From positions 1-56,486 of the forward strand of contig DAOTXU010000393.1 in assembly GCA_034435135.1 (NCBI GenBank): DNA of 56,486 nucleotides. Direction: 5' to 3'. How positions within the stretch are numbered: position 1 is the first letter of the stretch; the number at the start of each line of letters is the position of its first letter. Origin of the DNA: Anaerolineae bacterium. GTDB lineage: Bacteria; Chloroflexota; Anaerolineae; Aggregatilineales; JAFGMM01. This document shows, piece after piece, positions 16,389-25,991 of this stretch. Position numbers and translations under genes: made by a program. The notes beneath the pieces are model-generated. The model was not told where the DNA came from. It saw nothing but the letters and a program-made list of their open reading frames with translations, and ran no database searches.

Positions 16389-17107
16389 GATTCGCCTCGC
16401 TTGCCGTTCACATACTGCCGAAACTTTAGATAACCTTCCGGTGTCCCGATGTCAACAAAAAAGCCTTCGACCGGGAACCCGTACAGATGGCGGTCGCGTT
16501 TCAACACCAGCGGGAACGTCTCTTTTTCGATGGCTATCGCCCTGCCGGCGGGGATTAGGTCCAGCATCTCCGGCTCCAGCACATAGATACCGCCATTGAT
16601 CCGGCCCGGCCCTGCGTGCGCCTTCTCCTGAAAGCGCAGGATACGCCAGTCGTCGTCCAGGTCCAGCGCGCCGGAGGTGGCAGTATCGTCTACAAAGCGC
16701 GCCGCGATGGTGCCAATTGTCCGATCGTCCGCCTGCTGCCGCTGCTGATGAAAAGCCGTCAGCGCTTGAAAATCCACATCCAGGTAGGTGTCGCCGTTCA
16801 CGACGAGAAACGTACCCTGCACAAAGCGCTCCGCGTTCTTGAGCGCGCCAGCGGTGCCCAGGCGCTCGGTCTCGACGGCGTAGGCAATTTGTACGCCCCA
16901 GCGGCGGCCATCTCCGAAATAGTCCTGAATCTGATGGGCGAGGTAGGCCACGCAAAAGACAAAATCGGCAAACCCGTGGTCGCGCAACTGCTCGATCAGA
17001 TATTCCAGAAACGGCTTCCCGTGGATGTCGGCCATCGGCTTGGGGCGGTCCGCCACCACCGGGTGCAGTCGTGTGCCCAGGCCGCCGACGAGAAACAAGG
17101 TCTTCAT
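16385..17107 (-). CDS. Sugar-1-phosphate nucleotidyltransferase (HddC/GMP-like NTP_transferase)
   Basis: MKTLFLVGGLGTRLHPVVADRPKPM is the GxGTRxxxxxxxxPK signature. 240 aa. ATG at 17107 (GTG at 17110 is also possible). Confidence 0.8.
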   Translation of the reverse strand: MKTLFLVGGLGTRLHPVVADRPKPMADIHGKPFLEYLIEQLRDHGFADFVFCVAYLAHQIQDYFGDGRRWGVQIAYAVETERLGTAGALKNAERFVQGTFLVVNGDTYLDVDFQALTAFHQQRQQADDRTIGTIAARFVDDTATSGALDLDDDWRILRFQEKAHAGPGRINGGIYVLEPEMLDLIPAGRAIAIEKETFPLVLKRDRHLYGFPVEGFFVDIGTPEGYLKFRQYVNGKRGES

Positions 17108-17141
17108 CACTCGCGCCTCTGGCTCAACCCCGATGCCGCCG

Positions 17142-18731
17142 TCAATACGCGCCCTTGCGCGTCAACACGACGATGATGGTCTGGAACATAATCTGGATGT
17201 CCAGCCAGATCGACCAGTTGCGGATGTAGTACATGTCGAGCCGCACCCGCTCCTCATAGGAAACGTCACTGCGCCCGCTCACCTGCCACAGCCCGGTGAT
17301 GCCCGGCTTCACGGTGAGCAGGTTCATAGCCCACTGGCCGTAGTTCGCCAGTTCGGGCGCGGTAATCATGCGCGGGCCGACAATACTCATCTCGCCCCGA
17401 AGCACGTTCACCAGTTGCGGCAGTTCGTCCATACTGGCCTTGCGCAAAAACCGCCCGATGCGCGTGATGCGCGGGTCGTTCTTCAGCTTGATCTCGCGCC
17501 CGTAAGTTTCGCGCTCCTCCGGGTGCGCCTGGAAATAGGCTTCCAGCACTTCATCGCCGTTGGTCACCATGGTGCGGAATTTGAAAGCGTCGAACGCCTT
17601 GCCCCCGACGCCCAACACGCGCCGCCGGTAGAAGATCGGCCCTGGCGAGTCGCTGCGGATGATCCAGGCGGCCAGGGGCATAATCAGGCTCAACATCAGC
17701 AGGCCTATGGCCGCTACCACGATGTCCAGGGTGCGCTTGAGCACCACGTCCACGCCAGTGAGCCGGACCTGGTTCACGTTCAAGAAGGGGATGTAGCCGA
17801 TATTCTTCACTTCGACGCCGGTGGTGAGGATTTCATACAGCCCGGTGGACATGTGCACGTTGACGGCGTCTAATAGCCCCCACTGCTGCTGGGTGAAGTC
17901 AACCAGTTGCTCGCGGTGCAGCGCGCTGGTAGCGACCATCAGGTCGGTCACATTGTGGCGGGTCAGGACATTCCCTACGTCCTCGACTCGGCCTAATACC
18001 CTCAAGCCTGGCAGCACCTCCGTCCCGACCGGTTGCTCATCGTCTAGGAAGCCGACCAAGTGCACACCCGACGCCGGCGCATCCAACAACTGGCGCGCGA
18101 TGGAAATGCCCTCGCCATTGGTGCCCACGACCAGCGCGTAGCTGGCGAAAAATCCGCGCTGGCGCAGCATCCGCACCATCCGGCGCATGATAAAGCGATC
18201 CGCTGTCACCGACAAGACGACGAGGACCCAGGACAGGAGCAACCACCCACGCGCGATCACCAGTTCGGTGTTCAGGAAGGCAAGCGCCATCACCAGGGTC
18301 ATGCTCACCGTGATGGCGTTGAAGATGCGCATGTATTCCTGCCAGCCCTCGAACAGAATCTTGCCGTCGTAAAGCCGGAAGAACGCGAACACCACCAGCG
18401 ACATCAGCATCAGCGTCAGAGCCAGCCGGGTATAGAGGAGGAAGTCGGAATTTCCCGCGGCGAACAATGGCGACGCGGTCTCGAAGCGCAGGATGTAGGC
18501 GGTCAGGTACCCGATGCCAATCGCCAGCGCATCCACGAGCACCAGCGCCGCCCAGAGCGCGAGGCGGGCCTTGTCCCGCACCTTAACTTTCGTCGCCGAC
18601 GTTCCCGCCGGCAGCACGAAGCGCTCCCAGCCATTGCCGGAGCGTTTCCTGTCGGGAGTTTCCTGCACAGCGGCAATCTGTTCGGGTTGCTTGGTCGTTT
18701 CCATAAACAGCGGCCTAAGCCTTCTCGTCAA
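17142..18731 (-). CDS. Polyprenyl-phosphate glycosyl-1-phosphate transferase (large WbaP/EpsB-type initiating enzyme)
   Basis: N-terminal multi-TM block, a central Rossmann-like region, and the C-terminal bacterial sugar transferase motifs SPGPIFYRRRVLG..FKFRTM..DELPQLVNVLRGEMSIVGPR. Start is either TTG 18731 (overlapping the upstream stop) or ATG 18704. Confidence 0.85.
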   Translation of the reverse strand: MTRRLRPLFMETTKQPEQIAAVQETPDRKRSGNGWERFVLPAGTSATKVKVRDKARLALWAALVLVDALAIGIGYLTAYILRFETASPLFAAGNSDFLLYTRLALTLMLMSLVVFAFFRLYDGKILFEGWQEYMRIFNAITVSMTLVMALAFLNTELVIARGWLLLSWVLVVLSVTADRFIMRRMVRMLRQRGFFASYALVVGTNGEGISIARQLLDAPASGVHLVGFLDDEQPVGTEVLPGLRVLGRVEDVGNVLTRHNVTDLMVATSALHREQLVDFTQQQWGLLDAVNVHMSTGLYEILTTGVEVKNIGYIPFLNVNQVRLTGVDVVLKRTLDIVVAAIGLLMLSLIMPLAAWIIRSDSPGPIFYRRRVLGVGGKAFDAFKFRTMVTNGDEVLEAYFQAHPEERETYGREIKLKNDPRITRIGRFLRKASMDELPQLVNVLRGEMSIVGPRMITAPELANYGQWAMNLLTVKPGITGLWQVSGRSDVSYEERVRLDMYYIRNWSIWLDIQIMFQTIIVVLTRKGAY

Positions 18732-19936
18732 CGGTAATGGCGGGGTTGTCCGGCCAGCGCATCCGCGTACACGTGTTCAAGGACTGCGGTCTCAGCATCC
18801 CAACTGTGATACGCCTCCACGAAATGACGCCCGGCCCTGCCCAGTTCGACGCGCCGCTCCGGGGCTGCCAGCAAGTCTAGCACATGGCGCGCCAGGGCTT
18901 CCGGCGTATCGCCGACCAGCAGGTCACGGCCTGGCGTCACCGCGAGCGCGGAGCACGCTTGCGGGGTGCACACGACCGGGGTTCCAGTCGCCATCGCCTC
19001 AAGGACTTTGTTCTGAATGCCCACACCGTACCGAATCGCCGCAACCGCTAGCGTTGCGCGCGCCAGGTAGGGCCGCAGATCAGGCACACTGCCGGTCACG
19101 GTTACACGCGGGTCGGTGGCCAACGCCTGCACCGCCGGGTCCGGGTCTTTGCCCGCGATGACGAGCCTGGCGTCGGGCGCTTCCGCCCACACCAGCGGCA
19201 TCACCTTTTGGGCCAGGTCGAGCGCAGCGGCAACGTTGGCATGATAGCTCACCTTGCCCGTAAACACGATGGTTGCCAGGTCCCGATCTTGTGGCGGCGC
19301 GCAGGTGAAGTAATCCAGGTCCACGCCGTTGGGCAAGACCACGCAATGCCCGTCCGGGTCGCCGCCGGCCAGCGCAACCAGCGCGTCCCGGTCGGCGGGC
19401 GACGTGACCAGCACGCGGTCGAAACGTGCCAGCAGCCGCCCCTCGAAGCGCCGGGTGCGACCCAGGTCCAGGTGCGCCATCAACTGACTCTTAAGGGTCG
19501 GCGCGTCTCGAAGCACGCGCTCGAACAACAACGAAATGCTGTCCACCGCGTCGTAGACGACGGGGGCGCCGTTTACGCCTGCACCGAGCGCTGCGCCGCG
19601 CAGGTGCTCAATGTGCACCACATCGAAGCGCGCCTGTCCCTGAATGCGCCGCACGAGCCGGCGGGCTTCGGGCGAGCGTGAGTATTCCATCTGGAGCGGC
19701 TGCCCGGTCGGCAGGGCGAGCAACCCGTTCCACAGGGTGCGCCAGCGCGGGTGGAGAACCAGATAGATCGCCTTGCACAGCCCACGCAGCTCTTCAAGCG
19801 CGCTCGCATCGTCGCCGGGCGGTTGCAGCGCCACCAACGTCACTTCATGCCCCCGCTTCGCTAGGGTCCGCACCCAGTAAAAAGGCCGGACTCGTATACG
19901 CGACGGCGGGTAAGGGGAAAGAAACAGCACTCGCAT
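18728..19936 (-). CDS. Family-4 (GT-B) glycosyltransferase
   Basis: MRVLFLSPYPPS start; C-terminal GIQNKVLEAMATGTPVV retaining-GT4 motif. ATG 19936 overlaps the upstream TGA by 1 nt (TGATG). Confidence 0.8.
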   Translation of the reverse strand: MRVLFLSPYPPSRIRVRPFYWVRTLAKRGHEVTLVALQPPGDDASALEELRGLCKAIYLVLHPRWRTLWNGLLALPTGQPLQMEYSRSPEARRLVRRIQGQARFDVVHIEHLRGAALGAGVNGAPVVYDAVDSISLLFERVLRDAPTLKSQLMAHLDLGRTRRFEGRLLARFDRVLVTSPADRDALVALAGGDPDGHCVVLPNGVDLDYFTCAPPQDRDLATIVFTGKVSYHANVAAALDLAQKVMPLVWAEAPDARLVIAGKDPDPAVQALATDPRVTVTGSVPDLRPYLARATLAVAAIRYGVGIQNKVLEAMATGTPVVCTPQACSALAVTPGRDLLVGDTPEALARHVLDLLAAPERRVELGRAGRHFVEAYHSWDAETAVLEHVYADALAGQPRHYR

Positions 19937-21144
19937 CAAGCAGCCCCATAGACCTGGTCCAACGGACGACAGGCGACGCGATAGTCATATCGGGTCTCAG
20001 CCAGCTTTCGCCCGCGCGCAGCTAACTGCTTTCTCAGACCGGGGGTGGTGAGCAGGCGCACCACCCGGTCGGCGAACGCGGCTGGCTCATCCGCGATGAG
20101 GATGTCCTCCCCGTCGGTCAAGGCGATGCCTTCACAGCCCACGCGGGTGGAGACCATCGGGATGCCCTCCGCCAGCCCGTTGAGAATCTTGACACGCATC
20201 CCGCTGCCCGCGTGCAACGGCACCACCATCAGCGAACTCTGGCGCAGGTAAGGTTCGGGGTCTTCGACGTAGCCCGTGACCGTGACGCTGGGGTCAGTCT
20301 GCCCGATGTGGATGATTTCCCGCGGCGGGCTTGCCCCGATCAGGGTGCAGCGCACCTCTGGCACAGAAGCCTTGACCTGCGGGTAAACTTCGTGCAAGAA
20401 CCAGAGGACGCCCTCCACATTGGGTGGCCAAGCCATGCTGCCGATGTGCAGCACGTTCGGCCCGGTGGGCGTCGGCTCGATTGGATGCACTTCGTCGGTG
20501 TCGATGGCGATGGGAATCACGACAATGTCGTCGCGCGCACCCACTTCAATCAGGGCGCGTTTGTCTTCTTCGCTCACCGCCAGCACCGTATCAAAGCGGC
20601 GGCACATCTCACCTTCGTAGCGCTGCAACAGACGCCAGTCGCGCCCATAAATCCACTTGCGCGGCCCCGGAGCCAGCACCTCCGCGAGGCGACGGTAAAG
20701 TAGCCATAAAGCGTTGTGCCGATCCAACACCCTGTGCGCGCCTTTCACACGCAGCGCAAACTGCGCCATGCTCAGTTGGTCGGCATGCACCACGTCGAAG
20801 CGCTGCTCGCACGCCAGCCGGTCAACCAGCGCGCGCATAGCGGGCCGGTTGTCACGGACCATCACCCAGGGGAGGTGTGTCAGCTCGCTGATCGCCAGAT
20901 ACCATAACGACCGCGCGTAGGATCGTTTCATCGGCGCGGTATACACTGCTTTGCACCATCCGCGCAGATGACGGATCGCCTCCTGCGTGTCGGTTTCGCG
21001 CACATAAGAGACCAGCGTCACCCGGTGGCGCTGCGCCAGGTATTTGAGCACGTTGTAGGTCTTGACTTTCGGCCCGCTGTCAAGCGGGTAAGGCAGGACC
21101 TGCGTTAACAGCAGGACTTCCTTAGCGTCTGCGACCTCTGGCAT
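19936..21144 (-). CDS. Family-4 (GT-B) glycosyltransferase
   Basis: ORF 19936..21255. ATG 21144 gives MPEVADAKEVLLLTQVLPYPLDSGPKV, and SGMRVKILNGLAEGIPMVST follows later. This start overlaps the wecB 3' end by 23 nt. Confidence 0.75.
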   Translation of the reverse strand: MPEVADAKEVLLLTQVLPYPLDSGPKVKTYNVLKYLAQRHRVTLVSYVRETDTQEAIRHLRGWCKAVYTAPMKRSYARSLWYLAISELTHLPWVMVRDNRPAMRALVDRLACEQRFDVVHADQLSMAQFALRVKGAHRVLDRHNALWLLYRRLAEVLAPGPRKWIYGRDWRLLQRYEGEMCRRFDTVLAVSEEDKRALIEVGARDDIVVIPIAIDTDEVHPIEPTPTGPNVLHIGSMAWPPNVEGVLWFLHEVYPQVKASVPEVRCTLIGASPPREIIHIGQTDPSVTVTGYVEDPEPYLRQSSLMVVPLHAGSGMRVKILNGLAEGIPMVSTRVGCEGIALTDGEDILIADEPAAFADRVVRLLTTPGLRKQLAARGRKLAETRYDYRVACRPLDQVYGAA

Positions 21145-22267
21145 GATCGACTCCGAATAGTGGATAGGATAAGATCGATTGGACAATGCGTTGACTTGCT
21201 TTCCCGTCGCCATAGGGGTTCGCTCCCTGCGACATGCGTTGATAGGCCGCTTCATCCTCCAGCAAGGTCACTACTTCGTGGACAATGCGGTGGTCGTCAG
21301 TGCCCACCAGCCGGACCACACCCGCCTCCACGCCTTCGGGCCGCTCGGTGACCTCGCGCATCACCAGCACCGGCACCTTCAGGCCGGGCGCTTCCTCCTG
21401 CATCCCGCCGGAGTCCGTGAGAACGATGTGCGCCTCGCGCATCATGCCGACGAAATCGTAGTAACCCTGTGGCTCGGTGAGGGTGATATTCGAGATGCCG
21501 CCCAGCCGCTCATGGACGGGTGCGAGGACGTTGGGATTCGGGTGCACAGGGTAGACGATGCGCACGTCGGGGTAGCGCGCCGCGATCTCGGCCAATGCCT
21601 CGCAGATGCGCGCCAGCGGCGCGCCGAAGTTCTCGCGCCGGTGCGCCGTGACCAGGATCAGCCGTTGGCCGTTGCTGGTCCAGCGCCGGCCATTGCCCTG
21701 CTCGCGCGCGATGCGCGCATCGGTCATCAGCAGCGCATCGATGACGGTGTTGCCGGTCACGACAATCGCCTCATCGCGCACCCCTTCGCGCCGCAGGTTG
21801 TCCCGGTTGCGCGCCGTCGGCGCGAAATAGAGGTCGGCGATGACATCGGTGACCCGGCGGTTAATTTCCTCCGGGTAGGGCTGCCACTTGTCGTCGGTGC
21901 GCAGGCCCGCCTCGACGTGGCCCACGCGCACACGGTGATAGTAGGCCACCAGGCTCGCGGCCATCACCGTCGTCGTGTCGCCCTGCACCAGCAGCCAGTC
22001 AGGCCGCTCTCGCGCCACCACGTCGGCGAGGCGCAGGAGCAGGTTCGCCGTGAGCTGCGGCAGGGTTTGATTGGGCGTCATCACATTCAGGTCGTAGTCG
22101 GGCCGGATGTCGAAGATTTCCAGCACCTGGTCGAGCATCTCGCGGTGCTGCGCCGTGGCGCATACCACTGAGGTGATTTTGTCCGGGTGTTTCTCCAGTT
22201 CTTTGATGACCGGGGCCATCTTGATGGCTTCGGGTCGGGTGCCGACCACGCTCATGACTTTCAGCAT
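21122..22267 (-). CDS. wecB: UDP-N-acetylglucosamine 2-epimerase (non-hydrolysing)
   Basis: ATG 22267 gives MLKVMSVVGTRPEAIKMAPV...QHREMLDQVL..DYDLNVM...VQGDTTT...HVEAGLRT, a textbook WecB/MnaA signature. The 71 upstream codons of ORF 21122..22480 are Arg/Cys/Trp-rich and look non-coding. Confidence 0.9.
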   Translation of the reverse strand: MLKVMSVVGTRPEAIKMAPVIKELEKHPDKITSVVCATAQHREMLDQVLEIFDIRPDYDLNVMTPNQTLPQLTANLLLRLADVVARERPDWLLVQGDTTTVMAASLVAYYHRVRVGHVEAGLRTDDKWQPYPEEINRRVTDVIADLYFAPTARNRDNLRREGVRDEAIVVTGNTVIDALLMTDARIAREQGNGRRWTSNGQRLILVTAHRRENFGAPLARICEALAEIAARYPDVRIVYPVHPNPNVLAPVHERLGGISNITLTEPQGYYDFVGMMREAHIVLTDSGGMQEEAPGLKVPVLVMREVTERPEGVEAGVVRLVGTDDHRIVHEVVTLLEDEAAYQRMSQGANPYGDGKASQRIVQSILSYPLFGVDHARGRRR

Positions 22268-22295
22268 ATTCACTCTACCTTTGACGCTGGGGCAG

Positions 22296-23222
22296 TCAAT
22301 CCGCCGCTGCCGGGCCGGGGACCGACTCGTGTGCCATCTGGGCCAGCAACTCCGAATAGGTCCCCACACCGACCTCGCCCTGGCGCTCGACCACGTAGTC
22401 CAACATCGCCTTGAAGGTCGATAGGCCGCGCACGTCCACGGGATCGAAATACACGTTGACATATGCGCCCGTCTGCACACCCAGTGCGATCAGCCGCCTG
22501 AACGAGTCGAAGAAGCCGGCGGCGTCCTCGCGCCAGACTTTGAAGAGCTTGCTGGGCGAGCGGAAGGCGTGATAGGTGTCGAAGACGTTCGACGGATGGC
22601 GCGGGCACTGGTTGAGCGGGAACTCCCACATACCCTCTGGCGTCAGGAACGGCGTGAGCCTTTTCTCGCGCCGCATCAGCGCCGACGACGAGTACCGGTA
22701 GCCCAGGTCGCGCAGGATTGGGTAGACGTTGGGCGTGAACTCCAGGTGCGGCAGCCGGAAGCCGACCGGCTCGTAGTGCAACAACCTGACGCAGGCGTCA
22801 TGGCCGCGCTCGATCTCCTCGCGCTGCTCGTCATACGCCATATCGACCAGTCGCCGGGGGTTAAAGACCTCGCTGTGCGGGTGCGAGTAGGTGTGGTTCA
22901 ACACTTCGTGCCCTTCGTCAACAATGCGGCGGTGCACATCCGGCGCGCGCTCGATCCACTGGCCGATGCAGGCGAAGCTCGCCTTGAACGGGTAAGGCGC
23001 GAGCGTGTCCAGCAACCAGGGCATAACCTCAATGTCGCCGGGCAGGTCCAGATCGAACGAAAGGTTAAAGAAGGTCTTTTTGCCCTGCGGCCAGGTGAGA
23101 TTCTCAGCGTAACCGCTGTAAAGCTGCTTCGTGAACCAGCCGGGAAGCAAGACCGTCGTCAGCGCCAGCAGCAAGCGGCTGGGGTTACGCCCCAGGCATC
23201 GTTCCAGGATCGGATGGGTCAT
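22296..23222 (-). CDS. Membrane-anchored polysaccharide deacetylase (CE4/NodB-homology-like)
   Basis: ATG 23222 forms an ATGA overlap with the synthase stop. N-terminal helix LLLALTTVLLPGWF; FNLSFDLDLPGD (Asp-Asp motif region); EVLNHTYSHP (H-S/T-x-x-H metal motif). Confidence 0.65.
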   Translation of the reverse strand: MTHPILERCLGRNPSRLLLALTTVLLPGWFTKQLYSGYAENLTWPQGKKTFFNLSFDLDLPGDIEVMPWLLDTLAPYPFKASFACIGQWIERAPDVHRRIVDEGHEVLNHTYSHPHSEVFNPRRLVDMAYDEQREEIERGHDACVRLLHYEPVGFRLPHLEFTPNVYPILRDLGYRYSSSALMRREKRLTPFLTPEGMWEFPLNQCPRHPSNVFDTYHAFRSPSKLFKVWREDAAGFFDSFRRLIALGVQTGAYVNVYFDPVDVRGLSTFKAMLDYVVERQGEVGVGTYSELLAQMAHESVPGPAAAD

Positions 23223-24445
23223 CGCATCGCCTCTTGCTTGACTGTAGAGGTCTCGGTTGAACGCGGCGTGCGCACCCACACGTTGGAGCCTCTTTGGACG
23301 CGCACCCACACACGCAGCCCGGTCCGCCACGCCACGTAGAAAGGCGCAAACGCCAGGTAAACGTAAAGCTTAAGCGGCGCGCGCTCCAGGAGCAGGCCCA
23401 GGGGCGGGTACACTGCGAACCCGGCCCATACCGCCGCCAGCCACTTTCGCGGAATCGCCTGCCGGGTAAACCGCGCCAGCAGGCCCCATAGGCCCGTGCT
23501 CGCCAACGCGATGACGACCAGGGTGGAAAAAGAAGGCATCCACTGTTCAATCGCGCCGTCGATCTGGGCCGGATTGCGGTTCCGAAGCCCCGCCGCCAGC
23601 AGACGCGGCGCAAGCCTGCGCGTCACGTCGGCGCGACCGTGCATCCAGCGCGCGCGCTGGTGGCGCGCGGCCCCCAGGCTGGTGACCATCTCACCGTAAG
23701 CGATGGCGTTGGGGGCAAAGACGACGCGCACGCCGTTCAGCAACAGGAGCGCCCGGTACTCCGAGTCCTCCGTCAGCGAGGAAGCTTCCCAGGGGTATCG
23801 GGTTAGAATCTCGCGTGAGAAGCACATCGCGTCGCCCATCAACTTGGGCGACAGCCCCAGGCTGCTGCGCCCCCAGTTGCGCAGGCGGTTGTCCATCACG
23901 AACGCGATGTACATAATCGCCGCGAACCACCCCTGCGTCGGGTTGGAGATCACATGGTTGCCCTGGATCACCTGACACCCTTCACACAGCTTAGCGTCCA
24001 TCACCCGCAGCAGGCCGGGATCAACGACCGTGTCGGCGTCGAAGACGACAATCGCGTCATAGGGGGGGTGTTGGTTGAGGATGCGCTCGAAGAGCCAGGC
24101 AAGAGCGTAGCCCTTGCCGCGCTGTTCGGCGTTATGGCGCTCGAAGCAGATCGCGCCGGCGGCGAGGGCTGCTTCGGCGGTGTTGTCCGTGCAGTTGTCC
24201 GCGACGATGAACACATCAAACAGGTCCGCAGGGTAGTCTTGCTCTTGCAGCCGTTCGACCGTGCGCGCGATGGTCGCCTCTTCGTTGTGGGCGGGGATCG
24301 CCACCGCGAAGCGATGCGAGGGCCGCGCCGGCGGGTCTGGGCGCGGCTGGCGCGCACTGGCAAGCGCTAACAGGAAAAGGTAGCTCAGACAAGAAGTTAC
24401 AAGACCGAGAAGGCCCCAGGCCGCCCAAGCGAGTATCCGTACCAT
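23219..24445 (-). CDS. Processive family-2 beta-glycan synthase (PgaC/IcaA/BcsA-like) with N- and C-terminal TM helices
   Basis: All four hallmark motifs are readable: VADNCTD, VFDADT (DxD), SLTEDSEY (TED) and HQRARW (QxxRW). One N-terminal and several C-terminal hydrophobic helices. ATG verified at 24445. Confidence 0.8.
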   Translation of the reverse strand: MVRILAWAAWGLLGLVTSCLSYLFLLALASARQPRPDPPARPSHRFAVAIPAHNEEATIARTVERLQEQDYPADLFDVFIVADNCTDNTAEAALAAGAICFERHNAEQRGKGYALAWLFERILNQHPPYDAIVVFDADTVVDPGLLRVMDAKLCEGCQVIQGNHVISNPTQGWFAAIMYIAFVMDNRLRNWGRSSLGLSPKLMGDAMCFSREILTRYPWEASSLTEDSEYRALLLLNGVRVVFAPNAIAYGEMVTSLGAARHQRARWMHGRADVTRRLAPRLLAAGLRNRNPAQIDGAIEQWMPSFSTLVVIALASTGLWGLLARFTRQAIPRKWLAAVWAGFAVYPPLGLLLERAPLKLYVYLAFAPFYVAWRTGLRVWVRVQRGSNVWVRTPRSTETSTVKQEAMR

Positions 24446-24695
24446 CGTTGCTCTCTAACCTGCTGCCTGCCGATCACGCGCACCTCGCCTACGCCGGGCG
24501 CGTTGCCCATATGATTCATACCATCGACAGGTATTCTTCAAGTGAAGAGCGCGTGAAAAATATCATACAAACATTTAAAATCGCTGCACCTGGCGTCACA
24601 CATGAACAACTCATCGAGACGGGTTCGTGACCTGCCTTGATCCCCTGAATTTTTCGATGATCTCAAGGGATTAACGCGAGGCAGAAAGGATGGCA

Positions 24696-25991
24696 TCATT
24701 GCGTGGCGCGGCTCGTCTCCCCGACCGATTGCGATTTGTGTCTTCGACTCTGAATCCACACGACGATGTTCACAAGCGCCAACGCCACGAAAAGCTTCAC
24801 GAACGGTTGCGCTACCAGACCGTAGCGCGTGCCGCCGTAGAACACCACCGTCAGCAAGACCGGATAGAGGATCAACATGTACGCCAGCACCCAGTTTCGC
24901 CACTTCGGGAGGGATTGGATCGCTCCGATGATCCCCAGCGCGTAGTAGACGGCGAACGCGCCGTAGATCAGCGGGTCGATGGGGGTTACAGCGCGCCCCT
25001 GGACGGAGGTCTCAAGCGGGGAGAAGAACCGGTAAATCTTGAGCGGGACGAGCCTCAGGAAGCCCTCCGGATTCTCTCGAATCCAGTCGAACCCCCACTG
25101 GTAGAGCGTGTCAGCTTTTTCCAGTTCGCCGAGTCCCTGAAGCTCCGGTATCGTTTCCACGTACACCACTTCATCAATGCCGCCGCCCTCGGACATCGGG
25201 TTATTGCCCTGGTAAAACGCCATTGCGGAGCTAAGCGAAAGCGAGAACGAAAACCGGCCCGACACGGCGTAGTTGCGCACAAACCAGGGTGCCAACACGG
25301 TCAGCATCGCCAGCCCGACCACGGCGGCGACGAGGACTCCCCTGCGCAGGCTGCGGAAGGCGGCCCAGCCCCAGACGATCAGCCAGATCGGAAAGAACAT
25401 GAGGTTAGGCTTCATCAACACGCTTAGTCCCAGCAGCACGCCGCTGCCGATGGCGATGGCGGCCCACCGGGACGGCCAGGAGGTTAGTGTCATCCACAGG
25501 TATACCGCCGCGAGCAGGATCGGCAGATAGAAGGCCTCCGAGTAAATCAACCCGGCAGCGAAGATCAGCAGCGGGTTGAGCGCAAACCCCACGCCGGCCA
25601 GCAGGCCGACCCAGATTGAGCCGGAGATCTGTTTGCCGATCAGCGCCAGCAACAACGCGGTGAGTCCGCCCGACAACGCCTGGAGGGCGAGCACCACCAT
25701 AAAATGGTTCGCGCCGAACACCGAGTAGATCAGGGCAAGGATCACCGGGTAGAGCGGCGCACGCCACATTGTCGATTCCCCTGGGACAAAACAGAAGCAG
25801 CCATAGTTGAGGAGGTTCGTCGCCAGTCCGTTGTAAGTGAATTCGTCTCCCCAGGTCAGTTCGTCCTTGCCGACGACCAAGACATATCCCAGCCGCACGA
25901 TGATGGCGAGCACGATCAGCAAGATCAGCCAGGTTCTTTCGCTCCAGACTGCCCAAGGTGCGCGTCGGAGCGCGTTGGCGATTGGACTCAT
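24696..25991 (-). CDS. ArnT/PMT_2-type GT-C glycosyltransferase (family 39/83-like polytopic membrane protein)
   Basis: GGAGG lies 6 nt before ATG 25991. GDEFTYNGLATNLL...MWRAPLYPVILALIYSVFG plus about 11 predicted helices is the pattern of polyprenyl-P-sugar dependent GT-C enzymes. Confidence 0.75.
   Translation of the reverse strand: MSPIANALRRAPWAVWSERTWLILLIVLAIIVRLGYVLVVGKDELTWGDEFTYNGLATNLLNYGCFCFVPGESTMWRAPLYPVILALIYSVFGANHFMVVLALQALSGGLTALLLALIGKQISGSIWVGLLAGVGFALNPLLIFAAGLIYSEAFYLPILLAAVYLWMTLTSWPSRWAAIAIGSGVLLGLSVLMKPNLMFFPIWLIVWGWAAFRSLRRGVLVAAVVGLAMLTVLAPWFVRNYAVSGRFSFSLSLSSAMAFYQGNNPMSEGGGIDEVVYVETIPELQGLGELEKADTLYQWGFDWIRENPEGFLRLVPLKIYRFFSPLETSVQGRAVTPIDPLIYGAFAVYYALGIIGAIQSLPKWRNWVLAYMLILYPVLLTVVFYGGTRYGLVAQPFVKLFVALALVNIVVWIQSRRHKSQSVGETSRATQ

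Noticed and set aside
22268-22480. 71-codon extension upstream of wecB
   Set aside because: WecB homologs begin at M(L)K(V/I)..V.GTRPE. The extension is Cys/Trp/Arg-rich and overlaps the deacetylase 3' end.
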